Shown here: piece by piece, positions 9,146-17,717 of the stretch | Numbering within the stretch: position 1 is the stretch's first letter | How the letters are laid out: every line of letters starts with the position of its first letter | From: Desulfomonilia bacterium | GTDB lineage: Bacteria; Desulfobacterota; Desulfomonilia; UBA1062 | Direction of reading: 5' to 3' | Assembly (NCBI GenBank): GCA_963664325.2 | Contig: CAXXDQ010000003.1 | Coordinates: forward strand, 224,001-288,000 | Length of the DNA: 64,000 bases | Position numbers and translations under genes: made by a program | Notes under the pieces: generated by a model | Told to the model about the DNA's origin: nothing | Database searches by the model: none | What the model saw: only the letters and a program-made list of their open reading frames with translations

Positions 9146-11569
9146 CTAAAAGCTTGCCCTTGCGCCTGCATACCACATTCGGCCGGGGCCGGGGTTGAAC
9201 GGGTCGGCGTTATAATCATCAAGTATATTTTTGCACATTATATATGCCTCGTAGTGTTTTAAAAATTTCTGTGAAAGCTTGACGTCTATTGAAATGGGAT
9301 TGTGGAGTTCCTGTTCATAGAAGTATGATGTGGAAAAAGGATCGGTGGATTTAGGTACGGATGCCATTACATACTGGATCTGATTATATTCCATATAGCC
9401 GAAAATGACCAGGCTTGTGCCTGTTTTAAAATATGTCCTCAAGTCAAAGGTTATTTTATGTTCAGGGAACTTCTCAAATTTATCGCCTTTATTTATAAAG
9501 GAATCGTCGATATCCGCCTGATTCCTGGCAAAGATATAGGTGTATGAAGGCGAGAAACTGACATCCGCTATATTGAAGACATCCATAAGATTCAAATTCA
9601 GTGTTGCCTCTAAACCGTGTATGACTGCAGAATCAATATTTCTGTATATATAGTCGTCGATCTTCGTAATATAAATTTTTGTGATTTTATCTTTATAATT
9701 GCTGTAAAAATAATCCCCGCCGAATGTCAGTTGCTTATCAAATAATGAGAGTTCAAAGCCCAGATCAACATTGATCATTTTTTCGGGTTGAATAATAACA
9801 TCCCTGCTTCCCAAGTCAGATGAAGTCTGATAGGGAGACAACGTTTTAGAATATGCCTGAAGCGTAGGGAAAGACGTTTTCCTGGATGCGGCAGCCTTGA
9901 GTTTTAAAACGTCCTTTACAGGCTCATATAAAATGTCTCCAACGGGATTGAAGGAATCGCGCGTCCCCCAAAGCGTGGAATCATCCGCGGCAATGTACTG
10001 GTCTACCATTTCCGTGCTTCCGTCAATTCCAAGTTTTCTCTGGTAATTTATTAGATCCTGGGCATCATAAGAAACTCCTAGCGTCAGATCTATATCTTTC
10101 ATTATATGCAGTTCGTCTTCAATGGCGCATGTAAGATAAGCGGCCCCGATTTCCAGTGTTTTGTATTTTCCTGTGCCGTAATATTTAATGGTTGTTGTTG
10201 ACTCATCATTGTATGCCTGTTCCTCTTCCAGATGATTGTTTACATAATATAGGAAAGCAAAGTTCAACCTGTTCCATGACGAAAGTTTGTATGAAGGATA
10301 TATGTTGAATCCATAGGTGCTGCTCGTCCATATGGACCATGTCATGGTGTCTGTATCCCTATGATATGCCAGAACTTTTTCCAGAGGATCGGCATAAGCC
10401 ATAAACTTGTTGGTATTTTCATAGTAGTAAGCATTGGCTTTCAATCCGAAGCCGCCTTTCTCGAAAATTATATATGGAGATACGGCGAAATCATTGTATT
10501 CGGGCCAGCTGCTTGAAATGTTGCGCAGGATATACGTGGTGTCAGGCAGTAGCCAGCCTTTCTCCTTTGTATAATCGTTATAAGTATACATGCTTCTCAT
10601 ATCTGTAAAGTAAGAGCTGTTTTCCATTTGAGTCAGATTATAAAAACCCGTTGCCCCTATATCCAGTTCAGGCGTTATATGGTATCCGACTTTACCGTTC
10701 AGTTTGTATTTTTCGTGCCCTATGTGATCCCATATCCCTGATTCATTCAGATAATAAGTGGCTGCGGAACTGCTTGGATGAGAGTAGATATCATTCAGGG
10801 TAAATCCGTAAAGATCATAACGGGAAAGCTTTAAAAGCCAGTCCTCACGTTCCTGGCGGTCGAGTTTATCTGATACCTTATACCCGTCCGACTTGTCATA
10901 CATGGCGGAGAACTGATAGTAAAAGTTACCAATAGGCGCACCATGAGCTATGCTTGCAACGAAGTTATTATATTCGCCATACTCTGCGGTGACATCAAGG
11001 TAAAGTTTAGTTGGTTTTTTTCTGATGAGATTGATTGAACCGACGGCGCCCTTCGTGCCGTACAAAGCAGACGTCGTGCCGCGGCTTACAATGATCTCCG
11101 CTATATCCGTCAGGCCTATGTTATCAATGTCCATGGTTCCGTTGAAGGAATCGATCAGAGGAATGTCATCCACCATTATGGCTACCTTTGACATGTCATA
11201 TCCGCGCATGTAAAACTGGGTAGTCCCTTTTCTCTGCGTTGAGACCTGAATGCCCGGCACCTGATACAGGACGTCCTTAAGCACTTTATCGCTTCTCTCT
11301 TCTATATCTTCTTCGGTAACCTCGGTTGTTGCGCCCCCTTTTACTATCTTGCCTTTATCAATATCTTTAATGCGGCGTTCCTTGACGACAATTTCCTCAA
11401 GCTGATATTCATTATCGGTTTTAGTTTTTTTGACCGGTTTGTCCTGTTTTTCCGAAGGCTGGTTTTGTGATTGCACTTCACCTGCTTTTTCGGTCTTGTT
11501 CGTTTCCTGTGCCATTAATTGTACACCATACACAAACAGCAACAGTGTTATCAGACTTAATAATCTCAT
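9146..11569 (-). CDS. TonB-dependent outer membrane receptor
   Basis: Likely start MRLLSLI at 11569; TonB box LEEIVV; plug VPGI...YMRG...IIVSRGTTSALYG..GAVGSINLI; NILD..Y...PGR and a terminal Phe. Confidence 0.93.
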   Translation of the reverse strand: MRLLSLITLLLFVYGVQLMAQETNKTEKAGEVQSQNQPSEKQDKPVKKTKTDNEYQLEEIVVKERRIKDIDKGKIVKGGATTEVTEEDIEERSDKVLKDVLYQVPGIQVSTQRKGTTQFYMRGYDMSKVAIMVDDIPLIDSFNGTMDIDNIGLTDIAEIIVSRGTTSALYGTKGAVGSINLIRKKPTKLYLDVTAEYGEYNNFVASIAHGAPIGNFYYQFSAMYDKSDGYKVSDKLDRQEREDWLLKLSRYDLYGFTLNDIYSHPSSSAATYYLNESGIWDHIGHEKYKLNGKVGYHITPELDIGATGFYNLTQMENSSYFTDMRSMYTYNDYTKEKGWLLPDTTYILRNISSSWPEYNDFAVSPYIIFEKGGFGLKANAYYYENTNKFMAYADPLEKVLAYHRDTDTMTWSIWTSSTYGFNIYPSYKLSSWNRLNFAFLYYVNNHLEEEQAYNDESTTTIKYYGTGKYKTLEIGAAYLTCAIEDELHIMKDIDLTLGVSYDAQDLINYQRKLGIDGSTEMVDQYIAADDSTLWGTRDSFNPVGDILYEPVKDVLKLKAAASRKTSFPTLQAYSKTLSPYQTSSDLGSRDVIIQPEKMINVDLGFELSLFDKQLTFGGDYFYSNYKDKITKIYITKIDDYIYRNIDSAVIHGLEATLNLNLMDVFNIADVSFSPSYTYIFARNQADIDDSFINKGDKFEKFPEHKITFDLRTYFKTGTSLVIFGYMEYNQIQYVMASVPKSTDPFSTSYFYEQELHNPISIDVKLSQKFLKHYEAYIMCKNILDDYNADPFNPGPGRMWYAGARASF

Positions 11570-11610
11570 TGTTGCATCCCTATGCCCAGAATCTATTTTT
11601 GCTGAGAAAA

Positions 11611-11671
11611 TGAATGCCGGTAGATATACCGGCATTCATTAGTGTTTATTCGGTATGATATCAACCGAATA
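11611..11671. terminator. Two stem-loops between lipoprotein 3 and the receptor gene
   Basis: TGAATGCCGGTA-GATA-TACCGGCATTCA and TATTCGGT...ACCGAATA inverted repeats. Confidence 0.5.
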
Positions 11672-11681
11672 AAATTAGTTC

Positions 11682-12920
11682 TTATTCATCATATGCTTTC
11701 GTGTAAGCCGGGGGATTCTTGGCTGAATAGTCATACGCAACGGTAGAACCGCTGATGAGCTCTATCCTGACCGGGAAATTGACCTTGGTGCCGCTGATAA
11801 CTTTATTGGAGGAGTCAACCTGGACAATGAAATCATAATCAACCAGATAATAGGCCTGCTGCATTTTTGCGTACGTCCAGCCGTTTTTATAGGTACCATC
11901 CAGGGCAACGATCTTATAGGTATAGTTCCCCGGTACATTGGTGACATAATCTGTAAGGAACTGTGTCAGTGGAATAACCTTGACATTGGTGTACGTTCCA
12001 AAGCTCTTCGTTTCGTAATTGAATTTTGTAGTCCACAGGCCAGTGTTTGCATGGAAGAATGTGTCATCCACATAGTTGTCGGTGGTTGCCTGGACTTCAA
12101 AGGTGGCAATTGTCCCGGTTGCATCCGGTCTCTTAACATCGATCTTACGGAACATATATATGTCATAGGCATACTTCGTATTATGTTTACTGGCAACACC
12201 GACTGATGCCGGTAAAAATACCCTTCCACTATAGTGCAGATCCAGCAGATATCCCTGGATAAACTGATCCCATCTCAGGTCGGGGGTATAAAGAGCCAGT
12301 TCGAGAAAATGCGTTCTTATGCTGAAACCATCCATATTGGACCTAGTGAACAGCGAATATAATGCCCGGGCATCATTGGTTCCCAATGCTTTATCAGGAT
12401 CCGGGGTCGCTGCATTCACTGTGGCTTTGTTCACGAACTGGTCCAGTGAATATCCTGAAACATATACTGGCGGGGGACCGGCATTATAAAGGATATTATT
12501 CGTCAGCACATAGCCGGAAAACAGGTCTGCCGCCTCATCTGGCCAGGGAGATGCGTGACTCAGTGAATATGAATATTGATCCGGGAGGGTATAGTGCAGA
12601 TAGCTGGCAATACCGACAATAACCCTTATGTTCCACGATTTGCTTGAAGATGAACTGCCAGTTTCTTTAACTGTAAGTATGTGGTCGCCGACCTCCGCAT
12701 CCGTCGGTGCATAGGTGTATGTCTTGCCTGTCGCCACCTGCACGTCATCCATATACCATGATGTGGCTGATGTGGCTGTTACGGTGAAGGCCTGGGTCTT
12801 ACCGGCCACAACAACAACCACGCTCTTGTTGCTGGGCGTTACAGCTGTGATGCACCCGCTTATCAATGCTGCCAGAGTAATCAGCATGATCAGACACAAA
12901 ACACTCTTTCGGTTTTTCAT
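11682..12920 (-). CDS. Lipoprotein paralog 3: one Ig-like repeat plus a conserved ~300-aa domain
   Basis: Lipobox ISGC; W(Y)xDD..VA.G..YTYAPTDAEVG.H repeat; C-terminal domain highly similar to the two neighbours. Confidence 0.85.
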   Translation of the reverse strand: MKNRKSVLCLIMLITLAALISGCITAVTPSNKSVVVVVAGKTQAFTVTATSATSWYMDDVQVATGKTYTYAPTDAEVGDHILTVKETGSSSSSKSWNIRVIVGIASYLHYTLPDQYSYSLSHASPWPDEAADLFSGYVLTNNILYNAGPPPVYVSGYSLDQFVNKATVNAATPDPDKALGTNDARALYSLFTRSNMDGFSIRTHFLELALYTPDLRWDQFIQGYLLDLHYSGRVFLPASVGVASKHNTKYAYDIYMFRKIDVKRPDATGTIATFEVQATTDNYVDDTFFHANTGLWTTKFNYETKSFGTYTNVKVIPLTQFLTDYVTNVPGNYTYKIVALDGTYKNGWTYAKMQQAYYLVDYDFIVQVDSSNKVISGTKVNFPVRIELISGSTVAYDYSAKNPPAYTKAYDE

Positions 12921-13039
12921 TTTTACCCTCCTTAGTTCTTGATCTTGTCCTGGGTTTTAAATTTCTCTGCCCTTGTCATGTTCACGGGCCTGTCAGTGAC
13001 GTTCTCCTGCCCTTGGATCAAATTCCATACTACAATCTG

Positions 13040-13091
13040 AAAAAAAGCAGCCGTGCATGCCGGCTGTTAACATGCATGCAGGGCTGCTTTT
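13040..13091 (-). terminator. Rho-independent terminator-like hairpin inside the lipoprotein array
   Basis: AAAAGCAGCC...GGCTGCTTTT arms with a U-run on the minus strand (A7 at 13040-13046). Confidence 0.55.
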
Positions 13092-13125
13092 GCTGCACTA
13101 CTGTCCAAACAGCATAAGCAAATTA

Positions 13126-14607
13126 TCAAAACGCCGCAAAAGCAGGCGCGGCTTTGGCGGAATAGCTGTACGCAACCGGGGATGGGCTGATGAGTTCAAT
13201 CCTGACCGGGAAATTGATCTTGGTGCCGCTGATCTCATTGTTTGAGCCGTCAACCTGGACAATCAGATCATAGTCCACCAGATAATAGGCCTGCTGCATT
13301 TCGGTATACGTCCATCCGTCCTTTGAGGAGCCGTCTACGGCGACTATCTTATAGGTGTAGTCCGCCGGCACATCGGTGACATAATCCGTAAGGAACTGTG
13401 TCAACGGGATGACCCTTGCATCCGTGTAAGTCCCGAAGCTCTTGGTTTCGTATGTAAATTTCGTGGTCCATAAGCCGGTCAAGGTGTGATAGGCAGTATC
13501 GTCCACATAGTTGGATGTAGTGGCCTGAACTTCAAAGGTGGCAATTGTCCCTGTTGCATCAGGTCTCTTCACATCGATCCTGCGGAACATGTAGATGTCA
13601 TATGCCCACTTGTTATTATACTTTTTAGCAACGCCGGTGGATGTCGGGAAGAATGCCCTTCCGTCGTAGTCTATCCTCAGCAGATATCCCAGGATGAACT
13701 GGTCCCATCTCAGATCAGTAGTGTATGTTCCCGAACCGACGAACTGTGTACGGGTGGTGAAGCCGTCATTGTTGGAACGGGTTACTAAAGAATACAGAGT
13801 CCTGGCATCATTCGTCCCCAATACCCCGTCAGGGTCCGGTGTCGCTGCATTTACCACATCCTGGTCAACAAACTGGTTAAGAGCATATCCTGAAACATAT
13901 ACTGCCGGTGGTCCAGCAGAATACAGAATATTGTCTGTCAGTGTATAGTCGGAAAACAGTGCGGAGTGCTCATCTTCAAGTGTACCTCCACCATTTTTGT
14001 ATGCTAGTTGATCAGGGAAGTTATAGTGCAGATAACCGGCAACGCCAATGATAACCCTTACGTTCCATATCCTGCTCTGGGTGAAAGGACCGTTCTCCTG
14101 TACTTTGACTATATGGTCGCCGAGGTCTGCGTCTATCGGCGCATAGGTGTAGGCGCTCCCATCCGCCACCTTCACGTCATCAAGATACCATGATGTGGCT
14201 GATGTACAAGTGGCAGTGAAGTCCTGTGTCTGGCCGCTCACGACAACGACCACGCTTGCATTTTCAGGCGAAATCGCCGAGAACCCGTCTACCGATATGT
14301 TCCATGTCCTTATTTGGGCAAAAATACCAACGCCGTTATACCCTTTTTCTTTCACTACCAGCACGTGATTCCCGACCTCTGCATCTGTTGGTGCATAGGT
14401 GTAGGCGCTCCCATCCGCAACCTTTACGTCATCAAGATACCATGATGTGGCTTCTGTGGCAGTGACAGCGAAGTCCATTGTTGTACCACTGGCGATACTG
14501 ATCACGTTTGTGTAGTCAGGGGTAGCCTTCAAGATACACCCGTTCAGCAGGACAACTGCAATGAACAAGAACAGAACTCCCGATAATCTCCTCTCAAATC
14601 TTTCCAT
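13126..14607 (-). CDS. Lipoprotein paralog 2: two Ig-like repeats plus the conserved domain
   Basis: Lipobox LNGC; two copies of ATSWYLDDVKVADGSAYTYAP. Confidence 0.85.
   Translation of the reverse strand: MERFERRLSGVLFLFIAVVLLNGCILKATPDYTNVISIASGTTMDFAVTATEATSWYLDDVKVADGSAYTYAPTDAEVGNHVLVVKEKGYNGVGIFAQIRTWNISVDGFSAISPENASVVVVVSGQTQDFTATCTSATSWYLDDVKVADGSAYTYAPIDADLGDHIVKVQENGPFTQSRIWNVRVIIGVAGYLHYNFPDQLAYKNGGGTLEDEHSALFSDYTLTDNILYSAGPPAVYVSGYALNQFVDQDVVNAATPDPDGVLGTNDARTLYSLVTRSNNDGFTTRTQFVGSGTYTTDLRWDQFILGYLLRIDYDGRAFFPTSTGVAKKYNNKWAYDIYMFRRIDVKRPDATGTIATFEVQATTSNYVDDTAYHTLTGLWTTKFTYETKSFGTYTDARVIPLTQFLTDYVTDVPADYTYKIVAVDGSSKDGWTYTEMQQAYYLVDYDLIVQVDGSNNEISGTKINFPVRIELISPSPVAYSYSAKAAPAFAAF
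14140..14452. repeat. Near-identical intragenic direct repeat encoding the Ig-like module
   Basis: gcataggtgtaggcgctcccatccgc..cgtcatcaagataccatgatgtggct occurs at ~14140 and ~14393; a diverged copy lies at ~12709-12780. Confidence 0.8.
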
Positions 14608-14666
14608 AACACTCTCCTTATATTTTTTTGAAATTATTTACCTAATATCTGAAAAACCAAATTCTG

Positions 14667-15722
14667 TTATTTTTCATCATATGCCTTTGCATAAGCCGGG
14701 GGATTTTTTGCAGAATAGTCATACTCAACAGGTGAACCGCTGATCAATTCAATCCTGACAGGATAATTTATCTTTGTACCGCTGACCACATTATTGGAAG
14801 CGTCAACCCTGATAATCAAGTCATAATCCGGCAAATAATAAGCCTGCTGCATATCGGCATAGGTCCAGCCGTTTTTATAGGTGCCGTCCAAGGCAATGAT
14901 CTTATAGGTAAAGCTTCCCGGTTTATCAGTAACATAATCAGTCAGGAACTGTTTCAATGGGATGACCTTTACATCCGTGTAATCTCCAAAGCTCACGGTT
15001 CCTACAGTGAATTTGGTAGTCCATAAGCCAGTGATAGAGTGATAGTATGTGTCATCCACATAGCTGTCGGCGGTTGCCTGGACTTCAAAGGTAGCAAGCG
15101 AGCCGGCTGCATCAGGTCTTTTCACGTCGATCTTGCGAAACATATACATGTCATAGGCATATTTATTATTATGTTTTTTCACAACACCGACTGATGCCGG
15201 GTAAAATACCCTTCCGCTATAATTCATGTCCAGCAGATAGCCCTGGATAAACTGGTCCCATCTCAGATCGGCAGTATATATTCCTAAACTCAGGAAATGA
15301 GAGCGGATGCTGAATCCATCCATGTTAGAGCGAACCAGTACAGAATATAATGCTCTGGCATCATTCGTTACCAATATGCCGTCAGGGTCCGGGGTTGCCT
15401 CATTTACGGCAGCTTTGTCTACAAACTGACCCAGCGCATATCCTGAAATCAGCGATCCGTCCTGATAAAGAATTGAATTTGTAAGGGCATAGCCGGAGAA
15501 AAGGGTTGCCGCCTCATCTGCAGCTTGACCTCCATTTTGCACATACGAATATTGATCCGGCAGGGTGTAGTGTAAAAATTGAGGTGCGATGCCGTCATAA
15601 GGCGTATTTTCAGAAGGCGTGTTAACACTGTCGCTTCCTCCTCCTCCGCCACCGCCTCCGCCGCAGGCGCTCAGAAATAGTGCAAGCAATAAAACAAAAA
15701 GCAATTTGGATATTTTGTTCAT
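14667..15722 (-). CDS. Lipoprotein paralog 1: poly-Gly tether plus the conserved domain
   Basis: Likely start MNKISK at 15722; lipobox LSAC followed by G9. Confidence 0.85.
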   Translation of the reverse strand: MNKISKLLFVLLLALFLSACGGGGGGGGGSDSVNTPSENTPYDGIAPQFLHYTLPDQYSYVQNGGQAADEAATLFSGYALTNSILYQDGSLISGYALGQFVDKAAVNEATPDPDGILVTNDARALYSVLVRSNMDGFSIRSHFLSLGIYTADLRWDQFIQGYLLDMNYSGRVFYPASVGVVKKHNNKYAYDMYMFRKIDVKRPDAAGSLATFEVQATADSYVDDTYYHSITGLWTTKFTVGTVSFGDYTDVKVIPLKQFLTDYVTDKPGSFTYKIIALDGTYKNGWTYADMQQAYYLPDYDLIIRVDASNNVVSGTKINYPVRIELISGSPVEYDYSAKNPPAYAKAYDEK

Positions 15723-15845
15723 ATGTAACACCCCCTGAATTTATTATGAAATAATATAGGGTATATCTAACACACTCCTTTCAAAGCCATCTGCTTGATC
15801 CAATAATTCATATTGAATAGCACCCAATTATTATAAGCACACTAT

Positions 15846-15874
15846 ATATTATGCATCATCAAACATAATGTCAA
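15846..15874 (-). promoter_or_regulatory. sigma70 promoter with ModE-type box 3 in the spacer, driving the lipoprotein-TBDR-exbBD-tonB operon
   Basis: Minus strand reads TTGACA-17 nt-TAATAT; TTATGT-N8-GCATAA (15849-15868) fills the spacer and overlaps the -10. Confidence 0.75.
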
Positions 15875-16294
15875 TGAAGTTTTAAGGGTAAAATACCTGG
15901 TGCATTAATGATCATTAAACTGAAAAGGCATAATGATATTTTTTTGTTAGGTCTGCCTGGCCATATTTATTGTTACAAAGGACAAAACAATATTAATTTG
16001 CCAAAAATTATTGCACTGTTCTTCCGGGATATATGAGCATGAAAGGGAAATGCACCCGAAAACCATTAAAAAGTTTTTTATATGATGGATGATTATACGC
16101 GCAACGTGTATGTTCGAAAAAATTACAAAGGATATTGTATGCCTCCGGCTGAGTTCGAGAAGCTATTTAAAGACATTCCAATTTTAAACTCTGCATCATG
16201 TTTGAAACTTTCGTCCATATTTATAAGCGTATTTCTGCGACCTGTAAGAAAAAGGCTTCATCCCTTAAGTAAACATATCATGGAAGGCAAATAG

Positions 16295-17410
16295 ATGGTT
16301 TGGTTAGCAAGATGTCCTTCCGTCCGTATTGTGCTATTCCTTTTGCTGCTGGCATCATGCGCACATAACCCCGGTTCGCATGCACAGGAACAAATACCTC
16401 CGTGGAAGTTCGCCGTTCTCTCTGATACTCAGGGTTCCCGGATGGCAGAGTCCCGGAAGCCATACATCAACGAAAGAATCCTTACGATAATTGTGCGCGA
16501 CATTGTCCTTGAACAGCCCGATTTTGTACTTGTTGCCGGTGATCTTGTGAACGGCTGGCTCCACAACGGCGGGACAGATTATCCAACCCAGTTTGAGGAA
16601 TGGAAAAAGATCATGCAGCCCGTTTATGAGGCCGGGATCAGAGTCTACCCCATACGGGGCAATCATGAAGACGGACCGGAGCGCTTTGCCCTGCCTCCTC
16701 TTCCGGCTCGCCTCGAACCGCCGGCCGACACGCAGAGAGCACTCAAGGAGGCTTTCCAACAGGCCTTTGACCAGGACTATATACCGCATAACGGCCCTTC
16801 AGGAGAAGAGGGGCTCACCTACAGTTTTCGTCACAAGAACGCCCTTATAATCGGCATAGACGTCTTCACCAATCATCAGCATAAAGTGAATCAGGCCTGG
16901 CTTGACGCCCAGTTGTCGTCCAAGACAGAGGCGCATCTCTTTGTTTATGGCCATGAGCCTGCATTTGGTGCAGGCCACATTGACAATCTCGCATTTTTTC
17001 CTCAGGAACGGGATCAATTCTGGAACTCAATCAGTAATGCAGGCGGACGCGTATACTTCTGTGGACATGACCATATGTATAACCGCGCCGCTATCGCTGA
17101 TAAAACCGGGAATGTGGTTCGCCAGATCGTATCCGGCACGGGCGGGGGTACACCGATGACATGGTCAGGCAAGTATGGCGAGGCAAAGAAAGTCAAGGGG
17201 GAATATTCCAAGAGCGGCCTTTACGGATATGTGCTGGTCACCGTTGAAGGACCCAGGGCAACAATAAAGTGGAAGGCAATAACTGATGGTCAGACCGGTG
17301 ATGCCTGGCAGGTTCTCGACACTTTTTCTTATACCATTTCTGAAAGGTCGGATAAGCAAGGGCAGATCCGACAATTCCCGGTGGCGGACAGGCTGCCGGC
17401 TTCTCCCTAG
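16295..17410 (+). CDS. Calcineurin-like metallophosphoesterase, probable lipoprotein
   Basis: LLLASC lipobox; SDTQ, GDLV, GNHE, GHEP and GHDH motifs. Confidence 0.88.
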   Translation: MVWLARCPSVRIVLFLLLLASCAHNPGSHAQEQIPPWKFAVLSDTQGSRMAESRKPYINERILTIIVRDIVLEQPDFVLVAGDLVNGWLHNGGTDYPTQFEEWKKIMQPVYEAGIRVYPIRGNHEDGPERFALPPLPARLEPPADTQRALKEAFQQAFDQDYIPHNGPSGEEGLTYSFRHKNALIIGIDVFTNHQHKVNQAWLDAQLSSKTEAHLFVYGHEPAFGAGHIDNLAFFPQERDQFWNSISNAGGRVYFCGHDHMYNRAAIADKTGNVVRQIVSGTGGGTPMTWSGKYGEAKKVKGEYSKSGLYGYVLVTVEGPRATIKWKAITDGQTGDAWQVLDTFSYTISERSDKQGQIRQFPVADRLPASP

Positions 17411-17487
17411 GGGTTTCAAAAAAGAAGTTGTTTCTGCGTTAATATCAAAAGCGACAAGTAACGGAGAGGTCCCAGTTCTTTTTTTAT

Positions 17488-17700
17488 CTAGTGGTCGACG
17501 CCAACCATCACATCAGAGGCTTTGATTATTGCATAGACCTCCTTGCCTTTGGCAAGGGCCAGTGATGTTGCGGATTCAAGGGTAATGATTGAAGTTACCT
17601 GTGCACCGCCTGCCAGTTCGATTACGACTTCAGCATTGACAGCGCCTTTTGTGAATTTTACCACCTTGCCTTTTAAAATGTTTCTCGCACTGATCTTCAT
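17488..17700 (-). CDS. mop: Molbindin / single TOBE (Mop) molybdate-tungstate binding protein
   Basis: MKISARNILKGKV...SIIT...L.L..GKEVYAIIKASDV. Confidence 0.93.
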   Translation of the reverse strand: MKISARNILKGKVVKFTKGAVNAEVVIELAGGAQVTSIITLESATSLALAKGKEVYAIIKASDVMVGVDH

Positions 17701-17717
17701 ATTTGTTTCCTCCTTTT

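Noticed and set aside
14580-14607. ERR in the paralog 2 leader as a Tat signal
   Set aside because: It lacks the S/T-RR-x-FL consensus and is absent from the other paralogs.
11682-15731. Repeated DNA as a possible DGR, CRISPR or shufflon
   Set aside because: The repeats are coding paralogs. No reverse transcriptase, recombinase or spacer structure is present, and I saw no adenine-specific mismatch pattern.
16082-16294. 70-aa ORF before the phosphoesterase
   Set aside because: No motif or clear RBS; lies in AT-rich intergenic DNA.
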